From Chlorokybus atmophyticus (taxonomy: Eukaryota; Plantae; Mesostigma and Chlorokybus algae): a stretch of 64,000 bases of DNA. Below the pieces are notes generated by a model. It did not search any database. It was given only the letters and a program-made list of their open reading frames with translations, and was not told the DNA's origin. This document shows, piece by piece, positions 63,401 to 64,000 of this stretch. A program made the position numbers and the translations under genes. Each line of letters starts with the position of its first letter. Position 1 is the first letter of the stretch. The stretch spans positions 15,283 through 79,282 of the forward strand of contig RHPI01002907.1 of the NCBI GenBank assembly GCA_009103225.1, in the 5' to 3' direction.

Positions 63401-64000
63401 TCAATACTTCCTGTGTACCATAGACAACAAGCTCTGCTACGTGTCAACATGTACTATAAATTGCACTGCAACTCCCCCCCCAGCACTCGTCGGCAGCGTC
63501 CCCACCATCCAAGCATGCACTCGTGCTGCGCCTGCGTGTGCCATCAGGCACACTGCCGGCGATGCTGCGCATGCGCGCTTGGTTGCCCTGCGGCTTACTG
63601 GCCTGTGGGTCCACACCACAAGCGCTAAACGGGTGCTTGGGATCGCTCAGATCCTTTTGTACAAGTCATGTACCTGTACAAGTCCGACTTGCTGTCCCCG
63701 TCAACATGTGGACCTGCTAATGTCCCCTCACGTTGGTGTTGCGAGCGGTGGATGTCCACCTGTGCAGGGCCGGTGTCAGGTTGTTGTTGAAGAGTGCCTT
63801 GCCTGCCAGCTGGCAGGCCGGCGAGGCTGCTGCTCGGCCGCTCCTGTCACAGCTGCTCTTCAGCACTTGAGGCAGCGACAGGTACCCTTCTTACTGGACC
63901 CTTTGCTGATGGGATGCCGCGGGCGACTAAATCTACTAACTCTACTAACTCTACTCTATCTTCCTCTACCACTTCTTTACTAGCGCAGGTGCGAGTTCTG

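Noticed and set aside
63400-64000. Possible minus-strand exons near the right edge
   Set aside because: I found no consistent spliced frame or recognisable motif; it cannot be supported from this window.

Overview
Eukaryotic nuclear DNA from an intron-rich, flagellate green-lineage alga. It encodes chlorophyll synthase with a transit-peptide-like N-terminus, an outer-arm dynein gamma heavy chain and plant-type WDR82/MLK/SEC3/DCAF11 proteins. A U11/U12-59K homologue suggests an early-diverging streptophyte (inference). Gene order: U11/U12-59K (-), NANP-like HAD (+), CHLG (-), WDR82/APRF1 (+), an 18.5 kb dynein gamma HC (-), tRNA-Gln(CTG) (+), a tentative MED16-like pseudogene (+), CK2 alpha (-), MUT9/MLK kinase (-), SEC3 (-), DCAF11/LEC14B (+). 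From about 53 kb on, the window is an accessory zone of gene debris. It holds two copies of an unknown spliced gene, an intron-containing partial DCAF11 duplicate fused in permuted order to one of those copies, a SYF1/XAB2 fragment, another unknown multi-exon gene and an 83-nt near-perfect hairpin. The most unusual signals are the circularly permuted duplication, a repeated C-rich-to-G/T-rich codon gradient within dynein exons, alternating purine-pyrimidine introns, about 540-555 bp ATG spacing in three head-to-head pairs, and a tRNA with genomic CCA plus a trailer hairpin. Protein identities come from remembered family motifs, not database searches. No CRISPR array or intact transposase was found.
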